The notes beneath the pieces were generated by a model. It was given only the letters and a program-made list of their open reading frames with translations, did no database searches and had not been told where the DNA came from. The translations under genes were made by a program, and so were the position numbers. Source: a virus (taxonomy: Duplodnaviria; Caudoviricetes). Taken from it: DNA of 64,000 bases. Location: positions 1 through 64,000 of IMG/VR virus record IMGVR_UViG_3300031993_000006; one strand, given 5' to 3'. Each line of letters starts with the position of its first letter. Within the stretch, counting starts at the first letter, position 1. Shown here piece after piece: positions 28,601 through 38,885 of this stretch.

Positions 28601-29542
28601 GGCCGTCTTCACCGTCAAATAGTCATAGTTATCGACAACGACATTTTCCGTATCGCTATAGAAGATAACTTCAGGATTAAGACCGGCAAGAATATTCTTC
28701 TCGGCATCGGTACCGGGGCATGCTTGAAGGGTGATTTCCTTGTCGTCAATATCCTTCACAATGAACTTGCTGAGAGTCGTAATGCGGCCAGTTGCAGGAA
28801 CGCATACGATATCATTCACAGCAAACCCAACCTTAGTCAGGCTAGTAACCGTGATTTCGCCCTTGTCACGAGCAGAATTATCAAATTGATTCGTATCAAG
28901 CCGGTAGCTAGAGTATGCGCGGTTTGCAGAGCTCGGGTCAGCGTTCATGAGGGCGAACAGCACCACATCATTCTTACCACGGGCGACACCGCCGTTAGTC
29001 ACCCAGTTCTTCTTGTCAGAATAATCGGACCCGGCGCTGAGACCGAAGTCAACATTACTGCCGTTGACGATAGTCTCGGCAATGTTGTTAATCTTACGGG
29101 TCATCCCGAACTTGGCGCCACGGTCGCTCTTATAGCGGGTAGCGGCAAAGTACTCGATGTTGAGCGAAGTCTTGTTCAGGTTTTCGGTATTCTTGGCCGC
29201 ATAGCGGTCATAGGCAACAACGAAAGCATCCGTCTTCAAGTCGCGCTTGAAATCATCGGTCTTATCAATCTCTTCACCGTACGGGCGTACGTACTCAACG
29301 AAACCACCCGCGTTGATTACAGCGCGCGCGGCGTACATCCCCTGGTTATGGCGAGGATTGTTGAATCCTCGGCCAAAATACAATTCCTGCTCGGCGATAT
29401 TCGTAAGGCGCTGAATCTTATTCAACTCGCCCTTGGGCGCAAACCCAACCACAGCGCCGACAGCATTCGGGCTTTCGACTTGGCTATAGCCAGAGTCGTC
29501 ATTGAGTTCTAGACGAACACCACCTGCTCCCATCTTCGCCAT
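25643..29542 (-). CDS. Tail sheath protein (gp18-like), enlarged
   Basis: GAVVGFAPKGELN...FG, RKDCFALFD, YWHVPAG, VKCDNENNPPEVV. Alternative start at 29554; late motif at 29578-29585. Confidence 0.92.
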   Translation of the reverse strand: MAKMGAGGVRLELNDDSGYSQVESPNAVGAVVGFAPKGELNKIQRLTNIAEQELYFGRGFNNPRHNQGMYAARAVINAGGFVEYVRPYGEEIDKTDDFKRDLKTDAFVVAYDRYAAKNTENLNKTSLNIEYFAATRYKSDRGAKFGMTRKINNIAETIVNGSNVDFGLSAGSDYSDKKNWVTNGGVARGKNDVVLFALMNADPSSANRAYSSYRLDTNQFDNSARDKGEITVTSLTKVGFAVNDIVCVPATGRITTLSKFIVKDIDDKEITLQACPGTDAEKNILAGLNPEVIFYSDTENVVVDNYDYLTVKTAVAGQGAKTFSALHLDEDGLAALKLLPSGSAIVFNDQDANTVFVRVATPKATALTQITRTSDPSAAADATTAKIKVANPDAIWVGDRIQLNWPAEGVYSAVFTVTGEDTEAKTFDISVAEIDSVSAANIGNLFATEPSAIALEAPSAEWVDSTNTINLYIDKDSTVESVITDLLAAVRSDLLEFGVSSIVTDIAKNDPVGTEKYGKIKLDADGVTITVVPGGAIDFLPGDIVAITRSSVEVDDSGEVNPEGAAQFNGTNIYWVGKVRNSDPISDTIELSADISGITELTQDTYVGFQLLNLTQTNKVAYAAVSKYEVKYESVIDVSGTVKTGEGYTALVATQTSEGNPSAIPPEMPKYLVSGSVSFEGDGTAIASVGDTVKYTWNGTSHTARVTEVVKAVEGGLPLHYVASFEPTELEGSFDGDQPVAPVIGPVSDLTYDGIIEHEDDTKSFGDIYFVGNFTTSVPSAIQTITTVVEKDDVFVGASAPFKYYDGNYKKKGALIAQTEKVLTDTSIGATFVSLGLATLKYEDINFTGDTVKVYDLTDDGEAVARLYLSVAYMYNGTLYEFDGTIVRYVYNDRQLYIGDTAKVELEGSGVKFVLNEDDVIEMFREDNSYDLSNTVVGELQNDGSYKAIPSAVMTCPSFNENDPAIINNGVWVYDPNNNKSTSTLSNAYNLYLDKDKSDVSFFVAAGSNVNNFGLKGYESLNTQLMQAILNICELRKDCFALFDAAGDSRIKQALKLNAPASQFGSTLGRWGAIYDNRPIFNDTYITKSQVELAPSIAMASLITSNRRGSVYWHVPAGEIMGKVPGAWCSEMKYDRSFLIPESPNSDIAKLSDIHVNPFRCIEKGGIYAFGDFTMQMEDTAFNAINVTMLVAQIHKSFYNYLDARVFQLNTAELRSTITTDLQAKIDAIVGERPAGLEVGSYVKCDNENNPPEVVEAHKLMVDLYLYPTTSTRYIFLRTNVLSRSSGNTITTDLTTGSR

Positions 29543-29662
29543 ATTCAACCTCATGGTTTGTTAAACATTCTGGCGAAAGTTTATTCAGTGGCCACAATTT
29601 TTTCTGGTTTTCGGCAAAAAATTCGATAAACTTGCAGAAAAGTGAAAATCCAGGGTTATATA

Positions 29663-30571
29663 ATGGACTTAAGGAAGCTTAATAGCCGAATAAACGGCCT
29701 CAAGGACGCCTATCCGAACGAACAGGCGCTCATCGAAGGCATACAGAACCTCATAAATACCAAGATTCAGGTAATTTCCGAGAAGAACCGGCATGCTCTC
29801 CGGCAGTTCCCGATGCAATTCACCCGCCGGGTCAGCCTCGGTGACGGCGAATGGACAACCACGCTCCATATGTGGGCAGAAAATATGGTCGACACGCTCC
29901 TCGAAATCGACCCGATGTACCTCACCACGAGCGATTCGATGGGCTACACGGTGCTTCATGCCCTCATTTTTGCCGCTACCGGCAAATTTACACAGCTTGT
30001 CAACTATGACCTCATCCAAAAAATACTCGACAAGAACATGGGCTTTATGAAGCTGACCGTCCCGGGCAACCCAAACTCAAAAGTCGAGGACAATGCCTGG
30101 ACCTGCAAGGATGTGATGCAGAAAACCCCGATGGACTACCTGGTCGAGTTCGCCAACGGGGACCCGGAAGGCGGTATCGCCCCGGACGAGACCCTCCAGC
30201 AGATGCTACTCGAGTTCGGCCAGAGCCCTACCGTGGAAGCCCCGGTGGACAATACCCCTCCGGTGCCGACTACGGACGAACAGCTCGCCGCGGTTGACCA
30301 GGCAAGCGGCATCGGGCCGGACGGAAAAGTCGATACGCAACAGGCAATCGCCTCTTCAGAACCAGAGCAACCCGGGGAAAACCAGCCGGACCTCACCATA
30401 GCCCAGCAACAGCAGTCCGCTGCCGACGCTACGCAGAATTCCGAGGGGCCGACCACCAAGGAAAAAGAAATACAACCGGCGGAACCGGTTGCACAGGCAG
30501 CTACACAGGAAAAGGCCAACGAGAAATCGGATGAAAACCCTATCCTCGAGACTTTTCTTCGGCTGATTTAG
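29663..30571 (+). CDS. Late protein with ankyrin-like repeats and acidic Gln-rich tail
   Basis: TTLH, DSMGYTVLHAL, D..QKTPMDYL; GATAAACT at 29625-29632. Confidence 0.6.
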   Translation: MDLRKLNSRINGLKDAYPNEQALIEGIQNLINTKIQVISEKNRHALRQFPMQFTRRVSLGDGEWTTTLHMWAENMVDTLLEIDPMYLTTSDSMGYTVLHALIFAATGKFTQLVNYDLIQKILDKNMGFMKLTVPGNPNSKVEDNAWTCKDVMQKTPMDYLVEFANGDPEGGIAPDETLQQMLLEFGQSPTVEAPVDNTPPVPTTDEQLAAVDQASGIGPDGKVDTQQAIASSEPEQPGENQPDLTIAQQQQSAADATQNSEGPTTKEKEIQPAEPVAQAATQEKANEKSDENPILETFLRLI

Positions 30572-30734
30572 CCAACATGTCGATATCCCGCTTCATCGAC
30601 TCGACCCGGGCGCCAATCCCGGAATCACCGATGAAGCGGTCAAGGGCAGAACCATTCATCAGGGCTTCCACACGGAAGCCCTTTTCGATTGCCATCCGGG
30701 CCTTCTCCTCGTCCAGCCCGAAATTCTTCATCAT
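30540..30734 (-). CDS. Small hypothetical protein
   Basis: MMKNFGLDEEKARM... starts 4 nt after the upstream stop. Confidence 0.45.
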   Translation of the reverse strand: MMKNFGLDEEKARMAIEKGFRVEALMNGSALDRFIGDSGIGARVESMKRDIDMLAKSAEEKSRG

Positions 30735-30738
30735 GAAC

Positions 30739-31131
30739 TCAATTTTTGAGCTTGTCGAAGACTTCGGCGAAGCACTTGTCGATTTTCTGCTTCCTTTCGT
30801 CTGCCCAGTCGCAGAAATACTTGAACTTTCTGTAGTCCTGTCCGATTTCTCCGGCGAGTCGCTTGGTTTCGTGTTCATAGTGGTCTGCCTTTTCTTCATA
30901 GTATTGCTTGTGGAGGATATAATACTTGATTTCCTCTTCATATACAGCTGCCAAAGTTTGATTGGCGTCTACCAACAGCCTATCCAGGTCGTTCCTGGTT
31001 GTCTTGACTAGCTTAAGATACATTTTCTTGGCTACTTTGATAAGGAATAAAGTCGCCAATAGCTGCACGAGCATCATAAGCATCATCAATTCCACCAGAA
31101 TCAAGAGCGTATTGTTAGAAATATCAGACAT
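30739..31131 (-). CDS. Membrane-anchored coiled-coil protein
   Basis: N-terminal hydrophobic helix LLILVELMMLMMLVQLLATLFLI. Confidence 0.65.
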   Translation of the reverse strand: MSDISNNTLLILVELMMLMMLVQLLATLFLIKVAKKMYLKLVKTTRNDLDRLLVDANQTLAAVYEEEIKYYILHKQYYEEKADHYEHETKRLAGEIGQDYRKFKYFCDWADERKQKIDKCFAEVFDKLKN

Positions 31132-31627
31132 GAGCCGAGTCCTCCTGCTTACCGACCTTTGCAGCATGTTCCTTCTTGGTGCCGCCGCGCTTCTTCTTTC
31201 CGCCATACATCTCGAGCAGCTTAGCCGGCTCGTAAATACGGATGTACTTCTCCTCAATCTTCTCGATATCGAGGAGCTTTCCGTACTTCATCGTAGCAAC
31301 CACATCGTTATGGCTGAGACCAGTCACCTTCATTATACGCTCAATCTGCTCAGTCTTCTCGCGGAGAGCCTCGGTCTTGGCACGGCACCACCGATTGTTC
31401 ATATGAACATGGTTCAGACCCTGCATAGTGATTGCCTGTATATCCTTCGGGAGATGGGAAAAGGTCAGCTCGTTCAGCTCATGGGCGACCCTACGCATAT
31501 TCGGGTCCATCGACACTGACTGCACCACATTGAACAGCTGAAAATTCCGCTTATCGTCATCGGTAACAGGAAGCCCCTGTGCACGGGCTCTCATAAAGGC
31601 AAACGGGTCGAACTTATACTCCGCCAT
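31124..31627 (-). CDS. Clamp loader small subunit (gp62-like)
   Basis: SVSMD...AHELN...Q...RWCRAK; downstream of gp44. Confidence 0.75.
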   Translation of the reverse strand: MAEYKFDPFAFMRARAQGLPVTDDDKRNFQLFNVVQSVSMDPNMRRVAHELNELTFSHLPKDIQAITMQGLNHVHMNNRWCRAKTEALREKTEQIERIMKVTGLSHNDVVATMKYGKLLDIEKIEEKYIRIYEPAKLLEMYGGKKKRGGTKKEHAAKVGKQEDSAHV

Positions 31628-32930
31628 TTGGATACCCTCCCGGGTATGTCGCCTGGGCATACTGTACATTGGCGGCCGGAGTAGCCTGGGCATTTACCGT
31701 CGGGGCAACCTGTGCGAACTGAGCCGCATTTGCCTGATACTGAACCGGCTGTTGCTGTGCCGGGGCAGGATTAGCCTGATGTGCCGCCTCCTGTTCCTCG
31801 ACGATATCATCAACGGTCAACGTATTGTTCTTTTCATACTGCATCTCAACCGGGTCAACCCCCATCTTCCCTACCATCTGGTACTGCCCGATTAGCATCA
31901 TGACATCGCAAAGGAATTCATACAGGGCGATTTCCTGGTTCACCTGAGTATTCGATGCACGATACGCCTTGCCAAGCATTGACCCAAATTGGATATACAT
32001 CCAGTCGATTTGCCCGGTGACCGGTAGAGGAATCCTGGAGAAGAAATACAATCCGAACGGGACATACACGCTCTTGCAGTCGTGGAATTCCTGCGAGATG
32101 AAATACCGGAGCCTTCTCGGGTCCATTGCGATTACATTCCGATAGAGCTTCGCGATTGATTCCTCGCGGATTACATTCGGGTGGCCGACAATGCTGCCAC
32201 CGTGTTCAAGGAAGGTAAGGTGCATCGCGTTGACCATCGCGCGGACATCCGGATAGCAAGCATTGATTGTTTCCACCAATGTTTCCTTGGACACCTGTCC
32301 ACCAGTAATTGCGGTTTCCTTCTTAGCAATTTTCTTTAAATGCTTGTATATACGATTCTTGTAACCCTTGTCGTCACCCGGATGGTCGAACGGGATTTCC
32401 TTACACCGTGAGCGAATTGCCGCCGGAAGACGACCAATATCATTACAGGTCAAGATAAAACGGAGATTACTGGATGTCGCCTCGATAAGAGACTGCAGCT
32501 TACGATAGAAGGAATCCGGATTGGACGGATTATCCGCCTCGTCAATTACGAAGTATTTAGGCAACCCGTTACCGGAACGATACATTCCGCCTTCGGAAAT
32601 TGCATCGATAATCTCGGAATCGCGCTGTGCATAGAGAACTTCTCGTTCGGCACCCATCAACAGCGGGAGCGCTTCGGCCAAGCTAGTCTTTCCAGTTCCC
32701 GGCACACCCGAATAGAAAATGTAGTTATTGTAGCCACCGAGCTGAAGCATACCGATAACCCAGTTCCGCATCTTATCCGGCAAGATTATTGCCCGGACAT
32801 CGGATTCATCAAGGGTAATCCCACGGTACTTTTCCACCCATGCCTTGGTAGGGTCATCATCGGCAACCGGACGCCCCGTAATAGTAGACTGCACGGGAAG
32901 GCCCGTAATAAAATCAATTTCGTCGTTCAT
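31614..32930 (-). CDS. Clamp loader ATPase subunit (gp44/RFC-like) with Gln/Ala-rich tail
   Basis: WVEKYR, GVPGTGKT, IDEAD, FILTCN, SRC. Confidence 0.93.
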   Translation of the reverse strand: MNDEIDFITGLPVQSTITGRPVADDDPTKAWVEKYRGITLDESDVRAIILPDKMRNWVIGMLQLGGYNNYIFYSGVPGTGKTSLAEALPLLMGAEREVLYAQRDSEIIDAISEGGMYRSGNGLPKYFVIDEADNPSNPDSFYRKLQSLIEATSSNLRFILTCNDIGRLPAAIRSRCKEIPFDHPGDDKGYKNRIYKHLKKIAKKETAITGGQVSKETLVETINACYPDVRAMVNAMHLTFLEHGGSIVGHPNVIREESIAKLYRNVIAMDPRRLRYFISQEFHDCKSVYVPFGLYFFSRIPLPVTGQIDWMYIQFGSMLGKAYRASNTQVNQEIALYEFLCDVMMLIGQYQMVGKMGVDPVEMQYEKNNTLTVDDIVEEQEAAHQANPAPAQQQPVQYQANAAQFAQVAPTVNAQATPAANVQYAQATYPGGYPNGGV

Positions 32931-32967
32931 AGCGCACTATCCATAGGTTGAAAGATATCTTTACCTA

Positions 32968-32985
32968 CAAATATAGCAATAAACT
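32968..32985. promoter_or_regulatory. Fused divergent promoter CAAATATAGCAATAAACT
   Basis: Identical to 1837-1854. Confidence 0.7.
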
Positions 32986-32992
32986 TCGTTTT

Positions 32993-33346
32993 ATGAAAAG
33001 CGTCATTCTCGAATTTATCACCGCATCGACCAATGAGCAGCCTGTCCTGCAAGAACAGGTCACCACCATATACAAAAAACTTTTCGAACAGGCCGCTACC
33101 GACATCAACAAGAAGCAGATAGCGGCGGACCCGGGCACCTGCTCACAAGGAATCGTGCAAAACGAAATCCTATCCAACGACAAGTCTGTGCCAGACGGAG
33201 TAGTGGGTGACCTAATGAATACATCGTACGCCAGCCGGTTCGGACAAGAGAAGAGCGTGGTGGAACCCGGGCGGTCTTCTACAGGTATTGGCGGTGGTCT
33301 CAATAACGAGAATGTCAATGCATCAGTATCCGGTTCCAATGCTTAA
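32993..33346 (+). CDS. Small late protein, paralogous N-terminus to 1875-2426
   Basis: MKSVILEF...PVLQEQV..IYKKLFE. Confidence 0.7.
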   Translation: MKSVILEFITASTNEQPVLQEQVTTIYKKLFEQAATDINKKQIAADPGTCSQGIVQNEILSNDKSVPDGVVGDLMNTSYASRFGQEKSVVEPGRSSTGIGGGLNNENVNASVSGSNA

Positions 33347-33354
33347 TTAACCGG

Positions 33355-34284
33355 CTAGGCCCCGAGCCAGTTGATATTTTCCGGATGGTATTCGATAACG
33401 AACTCGCCATTGGTATATTGCATTTCGAATTCCATTCCGACATCGAGCATTCCCCGTAAAGTCCGGGAAGAATCAATGTCGGAAATCACCTTGAATGTCA
33501 TCATGTAACCCCCGTGCTCGCCCGCCCGGAGATTCTTCATCATTCCAACTATGCGACCATCCATGAACTTGACAGGGTAAATGCCCTTGGAATACTTTTC
33601 AATAAATTCGGCATTAGCTTCAGGCTCTTCTCGCTGCCATGCCGGCCGAGGGTTGCTGAAAGGAATATCTATCCAGTCGCCATACAGGCTAAGCGAGCGG
33701 TTAATATTCCCGTAGCCGCACGGAACAATCCGATTACGAATACGGAAACAACTTTCATACTCATTATCGGCATCCTTCTTGACAACTTCTTGGTTTTCAG
33801 AATCGACATCATACCAAATTTTGGTGTTCAGATAATGCTTCATACGAGGCGAAAGATATACCGTACCTTCATTGCTCAACTCACCATCGTAAACAACAGT
33901 TTCGTATATACGGTCAGTAACCACAATAGCCTGTTCAAACAGTGCCGCGCCACCAATGAAGAAACACTCGGTTTCTTCGAAACGCTCGGCCATCGAAAGC
34001 GCTGCCCAGATAGAATTCGTGCAATAAACCGGGCAATCTCCGGTACCTATGGTTGCCAGTTGCAAATTATGCATATAAGCGTCATCCCGGGTAACCACGA
34101 TAAGTTTCCTACCAGGAAGCTTCCCCGGAAGCGACTCGTAGGTCTTCCTGCCCATTATAAGGGTATGCCCCATAGTAATCTTCTTGAACCTAGCAAGGTC
34201 CGCCTTGAGTTTCCACGGGAGCTTACTGTTGATTCCGATGTGGGAATCAGTGTAGGAACGGGCAAGAATCATCGACCTAATCAT
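33355..34284 (-). CDS. folA: Dihydrofolate reductase with C-terminal extension
   Basis: IG..KLPW...D...F, IMGRKTYESL, LPGR, FIGG. Confidence 0.9.
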   Translation of the reverse strand: MIRSMILARSYTDSHIGINSKLPWKLKADLARFKKITMGHTLIMGRKTYESLPGKLPGRKLIVVTRDDAYMHNLQLATIGTGDCPVYCTNSIWAALSMAERFEETECFFIGGAALFEQAIVVTDRIYETVVYDGELSNEGTVYLSPRMKHYLNTKIWYDVDSENQEVVKKDADNEYESCFRIRNRIVPCGYGNINRSLSLYGDWIDIPFSNPRPAWQREEPEANAEFIEKYSKGIYPVKFMDGRIVGMMKNLRAGEHGGYMMTFKVISDIDSSRTLRGMLDVGMEFEMQYTNGEFVIEYHPENINWLGA

Positions 34285-34352
34285 AGTCTTTCCTCAACAA
34301 AAAAGCAGCGGCCGTAATTAGCCACCGCTTCAAATATAGCAATTTCGGGATT

Positions 34353-35165
34353 CTATACCGCAATCGGCGCCTTGATGACCGGCCACGGGTCATAATCGAC
34401 CAAGGTAAAGTCGTCAAAGCTGAAATCGAATATGTCCTTAACATCAGGATTGATAGCCATCTTGGGCAACGGACGCGGTTCACGGGTAAGCTGAAGCTTC
34501 GCCTGCTCGAAATGGTTGGAATACAGATGGGTATCCCCGAGAGTATGGATGAACTCGCCCGGTTCATAACCGCAAACCTGAGCAAGCATCATCGTCAACA
34601 AGGAATAGGACACGATGTTGAACGGAACACCGAGGAAAGTATCGGCCGAGCGCTGATACAACTGGCAGCTAAGCTTGCGCTTCCCGGATTCGCCAACTCC
34701 CCCGACATAGAACTGGAAGAGGCAATGACAGGGAGGCAATGCCATATCCTTGATATCGGCCACATTCCAAGCGCAAACAAGATGTCTACGGGAATCCGGG
34801 TTATTCTTCAAGCCCTGCACGAGTTCGGAAATCTGGTCAATCGTGCGGCCATCCGGAGCATCCCAGCTTCTCCACTGCTTGCTGTAGATTGGACCGAGGT
34901 CGCCCTTTTCGTCTGCCCATTCATCCCAAATAGTAACACCGTTATCATTCAGGAACTTGATATTGGTGTCGCCCTTGAGGAACCAGAGCAATTCATAGAT
35001 GATACTGCGGAGGTGCAGCTTCTTGGTGGTCAAGCACGGGAATCCCTTGGACAAGTCAAACCGCATCTGGCGCCCGAACACGGACCGAGTACCGGTACCC
35101 GTGCGGTCGCTACGGTCGACCCCGTTTTCCAATATATCCTTAAGCAAATCAAGATATTGCTTCAT
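34353..35165 (-). CDS. thyA: Thymidylate synthase
   Basis: [35 protein letters not shown]. Confidence 0.98.
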   Translation of the reverse strand: MKQYLDLLKDILENGVDRSDRTGTGTRSVFGRQMRFDLSKGFPCLTTKKLHLRSIIYELLWFLKGDTNIKFLNDNGVTIWDEWADEKGDLGPIYSKQWRSWDAPDGRTIDQISELVQGLKNNPDSRRHLVCAWNVADIKDMALPPCHCLFQFYVGGVGESGKRKLSCQLYQRSADTFLGVPFNIVSYSLLTMMLAQVCGYEPGEFIHTLGDTHLYSNHFEQAKLQLTREPRPLPKMAINPDVKDIFDFSFDDFTLVDYDPWPVIKAPIAV

Positions 35166-35176
35166 AACAAATCTCC

Positions 35177-38110
35177 TTAGATAAATTCAAGCATTGCGTC
35201 AGTTTCGTCATACTCGAGGTCTTCCGGCCATCCGACAGCCTTGAACAGACGCCCGAGAATGTTGGACACTGACTTTTCCCACTGGTCGTTCCAGTCCACA
35301 TAGAACAGCTCGAACAGGCGCTCCGGGCATTCCTCGCCGGTGTAGCACATGATTGTCACATCATATTCATTCTCGGCAACCTTAATGAACTTCATCTTCT
35401 CGCCGGCGGCGATAGGTTCATAGGTACTCTGAGACAGAACCGGGTCAGTATCGATAAGGTAGTTCCAGACGGAAGCCGCACGGCGACGGAAGTCAAGCTT
35501 CGCGTATTCCTCACGCGGCAAACGGCACTGAAGAGGATACGGAATCGGCTCTTCCTTCATGCCGGACGGAATGGAAATATACGAATACTTGTGCTTATCG
35601 ACCGCCTCGAAAAATTCCTTCTTGATTTCAAGAACACGGGAGCGGACGACTTCCTTGTCCATCGTACGGAGCATCAGCTTGACGGTATCCATCATGCGCT
35701 CGCGGCTGAACATCGTGGTAGAGCTTCGGACAATTTCGAGACCCGTAACGGCGAAGTCCGGGGTAATCTCGAGGGTACCGGTCTTGATAATCTTACCGGT
35801 CTCGTCCTTCACAGGTTCCTTGTCGAGATACACGATGTCTTCGTTGGATTCCACTTCGCAGATGTACTTCTTCTTGGCAGTGACGATTGCCTTGTAGATG
35901 CACTTTTCACGCTTCAGGAAGAGTTCGTTCGTAAGGTATCCCCACCGGGTAGCATACGAAAGCATGAACTCGTCGAGCTTCTCCTCGAGAATCACGGCGT
36001 CCATAATGCGGCAGAAGTCGGTGATGCGGTAGCGGTTATAGATGATTCGGTAACCGTCACCCCACACAATTCCATCGTAGAACATAATCTTGACCTTGGT
36101 GAGGCCGCTCTTCTTGTCCACCGCGCGGTTTTCCGGGTCATGCCAGGTGGAATGCGCATACTTGTTGCACATACGGTTGAAGCACTTACGGGACTCGAGG
36201 TCCTCCTCGTCGGTCTTACCGAACGCATAGCGCTCGACCTGCTCGTGACCCTTGAACACGATGACCTCGGTACCGGTACCCTGCTTCTGGCGGAACTGTT
36301 CAAAGAGGTCGCCGACCTTGCAGTAGAACGAGTCGGTATCGCCGTGTGACATTCTCTTGTACAGAAGCTGCCCATCTTCATCCTCGGTAGTCCCGAGGAA
36401 TTCCGGGTTGATTGTCGGGCTGTAACCGAATGCGTTGATAAAGCGCGGGTCGGTGGCGACTTCCTCGTTGAGATACTTGGCAAGCTGCTCGATGGTGTAC
36501 TTGATGAGGTTTCTTCCGTAAGCCGTAATAGATGCGGCGTTGTCCACATCGTACAATGGGAAGAAGTTGGAACCGAGAAGACCGTATAGCGAGTTACCGA
36601 GGACCTTGTAGACCTTCTGCATCATATCGTAGATGGCAGTCATCTCGTGGTCGCCCGCCTTCTTGGCAGCCTTCATCTTGTTCTTGAGGCTTGCACGGCC
36701 ATCGAAGAGTAAACGGGTAACCTGCGGAACGATACCTTCCTTGTCCTTGCGGAAATACACCTTGTAACGGCCATTGTGGTCCCACGGGCTCTCGATGAGG
36801 TACTTCCTCTCCTCCTCGGTAAGCACATAGTCAATCGGCTTGGTGACCTTGACTTCCGGAGAAGTATTGAAGGTCATCATAATTGACGGATATAGCGAAC
36901 GGTAGTCGTAGGACACGAGCCAAGTGTAGAAGCCCGGGATTGAATAAACGAATGCACCTGGGTATTCTTCCTTGGACTGTTCGCGGAATGCCGGGAACAC
37001 AAGGTTATGCTGATGCAGGTGGTTCATCACGAACCCGACGAGCATCTTCTTGCTTTCAAAAACAAACGAGAACGGAACATGGGCTTCCGAAGCAGCGGTC
37101 ACACAGAGCTGGAACATCCGCTCGTGCATCTCGATGAGCTTCAAAAGGCGCACGTCCTGCCAGTTATACTTGATGAAGAGAGTCCAATCAGTGCGCCAGG
37201 TCTGGTAACCGTCCTTCAACGGCTCCTTGTGCTCACCGGTAACCTTGCCACCAATGTAGTCAAGCTTGTAGGACGGTTCTTCGGAGAATGTATACTTGCG
37301 ATAGAGGGCGAGGAAATCGATAACTTCCGTTCCGGCAATCATCAGGCAGTCTTCGCGTTCGTCCCACCACGCCTTCTTGAACTGGGCCGGGAGGCGGGAC
37401 ATAAGGTTGAGCGGGACGCCGAGCTTCTCCGCGCGGTTCACCATGTAGGTGGTATCGTACGAGAAGTTCCAACCGGAAAGAATGGCGACTTCATTACTAC
37501 CAATCTCGGTAAACAACCGGCGCAGGAGGTCCGCCTCGTCCGAGCAGAGAACATAGACAGCATTTTCCTTTGCCATCTCGTCCTTGAGGGACTGGTCGAT
37601 GTCCTGTCCGACACCGTATGTGATGTAATTGTCAGTCGCCGAAAAATAAATCGTTACACAGTTAATCGGGTATTCGGCACGGTGGGCTACGGGGAATCTT
37701 CCGGTAGTAGCCACCTCAATATCAAGGAAGCAGATATTGATTTTCTTCATGTCCGGCTTGAGCATCCCGGACTTCGCGTAGTGCTTCTGGAGGAACCTTG
37801 CACGGGGGTCGATGTCGATTTCGGCCAGGTGGTTCTGTGGGCCGCGCGCATCGTTGTATATCTTTCGTTCGGCTGTCGTATGCCGCTGGACGGCATACAT
37901 CTCTCGACCGTAGATATCCTTCATGCCACAAGGGACTGCGCCGAGTTCTCCCCGGTTCGGGGTATAGAATGTGTTGACGATGCGAGTCTGCTCCATCGTT
38001 CCGTCATCGTACCACAGGAACAGGTTGTCAGTATCCCTGTCGTGATAGATGGCCGACCACATTCGAGTCTCGGCGGTCTTGTCCGCCGGGCGTGTTATCG
38101 TAGCTTCCAT
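35177..38110 (-). CDS. Family B DNA polymerase (gp43-like)
   Basis: [14 protein letters not shown]...[23 protein letters not shown]. Confidence 0.97.
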   Translation of the reverse strand: MEATITRPADKTAETRMWSAIYHDRDTDNLFLWYDDGTMEQTRIVNTFYTPNRGELGAVPCGMKDIYGREMYAVQRHTTAERKIYNDARGPQNHLAEIDIDPRARFLQKHYAKSGMLKPDMKKINICFLDIEVATTGRFPVAHRAEYPINCVTIYFSATDNYITYGVGQDIDQSLKDEMAKENAVYVLCSDEADLLRRLFTEIGSNEVAILSGWNFSYDTTYMVNRAEKLGVPLNLMSRLPAQFKKAWWDEREDCLMIAGTEVIDFLALYRKYTFSEEPSYKLDYIGGKVTGEHKEPLKDGYQTWRTDWTLFIKYNWQDVRLLKLIEMHERMFQLCVTAASEAHVPFSFVFESKKMLVGFVMNHLHQHNLVFPAFREQSKEEYPGAFVYSIPGFYTWLVSYDYRSLYPSIMMTFNTSPEVKVTKPIDYVLTEEERKYLIESPWDHNGRYKVYFRKDKEGIVPQVTRLLFDGRASLKNKMKAAKKAGDHEMTAIYDMMQKVYKVLGNSLYGLLGSNFFPLYDVDNAASITAYGRNLIKYTIEQLAKYLNEEVATDPRFINAFGYSPTINPEFLGTTEDEDGQLLYKRMSHGDTDSFYCKVGDLFEQFRQKQGTGTEVIVFKGHEQVERYAFGKTDEEDLESRKCFNRMCNKYAHSTWHDPENRAVDKKSGLTKVKIMFYDGIVWGDGYRIIYNRYRITDFCRIMDAVILEEKLDEFMLSYATRWGYLTNELFLKREKCIYKAIVTAKKKYICEVESNEDIVYLDKEPVKDETGKIIKTGTLEITPDFAVTGLEIVRSSTTMFSRERMMDTVKLMLRTMDKEVVRSRVLEIKKEFFEAVDKHKYSYISIPSGMKEEPIPYPLQCRLPREEYAKLDFRRRAASVWNYLIDTDPVLSQSTYEPIAAGEKMKFIKVAENEYDVTIMCYTGEECPERLFELFYVDWNDQWEKSVSNILGRLFKAVGWPEDLEYDETDAMLEFI

Positions 38111-38122
38111 AGGTTCTTATTG

Positions 38123-38133
38123 AAATATAGCAA
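38123..38133 (-). promoter_or_regulatory. TTGCTATATTT early/host-type promoter box (representative copy)
   Basis: Exact 11-mer at 1838, 18300, 23260, 32969, 34332, 38123, 47804, 49793 and 54003, each just upstream of a non-virion gene. Confidence 0.8.
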
Positions 38134-38236
38134 GAAATTTGTGTTTATCAACAGAAAATCCCAGGTTTCCCCGGGATTTTTAATAACCGTGTCGAACACT
38201 GACTTAATAGAGCTACCGTCGACTAGGTTTGCTGAT

Positions 38237-38842
38237 TTACTTTGAGGTTGTTTTAATCTTAAAGTGCTTGTCGATACGGGTGCAAACCGCTTCGGCAGCA
38301 TCCTCAGTCTTCTTGTCTACCGCGAGGCTCCGCATAAAACCCTTGAGAACTTCCGCCTTGCGCTGATTCTTGGACTCCTCGCTGAACTTCTTGTTGCTCT
38401 CGGCCTTAGACTGGCTAGCCTTTTCGGCACTCTTTGCAGCAGCGTCGAAATTGCCGCTCTTCGGCTTCGGTGCCTTCTTGGATTCCTCAGTGTTATCCTC
38501 GACGACCACCTTGGTCACCTGGCCCTTTTCCTTCTTTTCGGTCACGGTGTCGTTTTCCGTTTCCTGCTTGCTGGAAGCCTTGGTAGCCTTGATGATTTCA
38601 TCGGTATTGTTGTTGCCCTTGGTAAGGTCCGGATTGGAAGCCGTCTTTGCCTTGCCGACTTTCTTGGAATCGGTCGACCACTTGTTAAGGTCTACCTTAG
38701 TACCTTCGAAGAAGGTGGTGGACTCTACAATAGGCTTGGCAACGCGGACTTCATTGTACGGACGCTGTTCCACAATAGGCTGGTTAGCGATGCTTTCGAA
38801 AAGCTGCTTCACTCTATCTTCTTCTTCGATACTGTATGCCAT
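38237..38842 (-). CDS. Lys/Glu-rich late protein, probable head-internal protein
   Basis: TATAAACT at 38879-38886 (minus); LFE, IVE and FFE motifs. Confidence 0.7.
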   Translation of the reverse strand: MAYSIEEEDRVKQLFESIANQPIVEQRPYNEVRVAKPIVESTTFFEGTKVDLNKWSTDSKKVGKAKTASNPDLTKGNNNTDEIIKATKASSKQETENDTVTEKKEKGQVTKVVVEDNTEESKKAPKPKSGNFDAAAKSAEKASQSKAESNKKFSEESKNQRKAEVLKGFMRSLAVDKKTEDAAEAVCTRIDKHFKIKTTSK

Positions 38843-38885
38843 ATTCTATACCATCCAACGGATTAAGATTTACCGGTAAGTTTAT

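Noticed and set aside
34353-35165. thyA as a base-modifying dCMP/dUMP hydroxymethylase
   Set aside because: It has a canonical bacterial-type ThyA sequence, including the dUMP-specifying Asn in GVPFN, and is paired with DHFR.
35177-38110. Intein or intron in PolB, helicase or thyA
   Set aside because: The ORFs are continuous, with no intein terminal motifs or homing endonuclease motifs seen.
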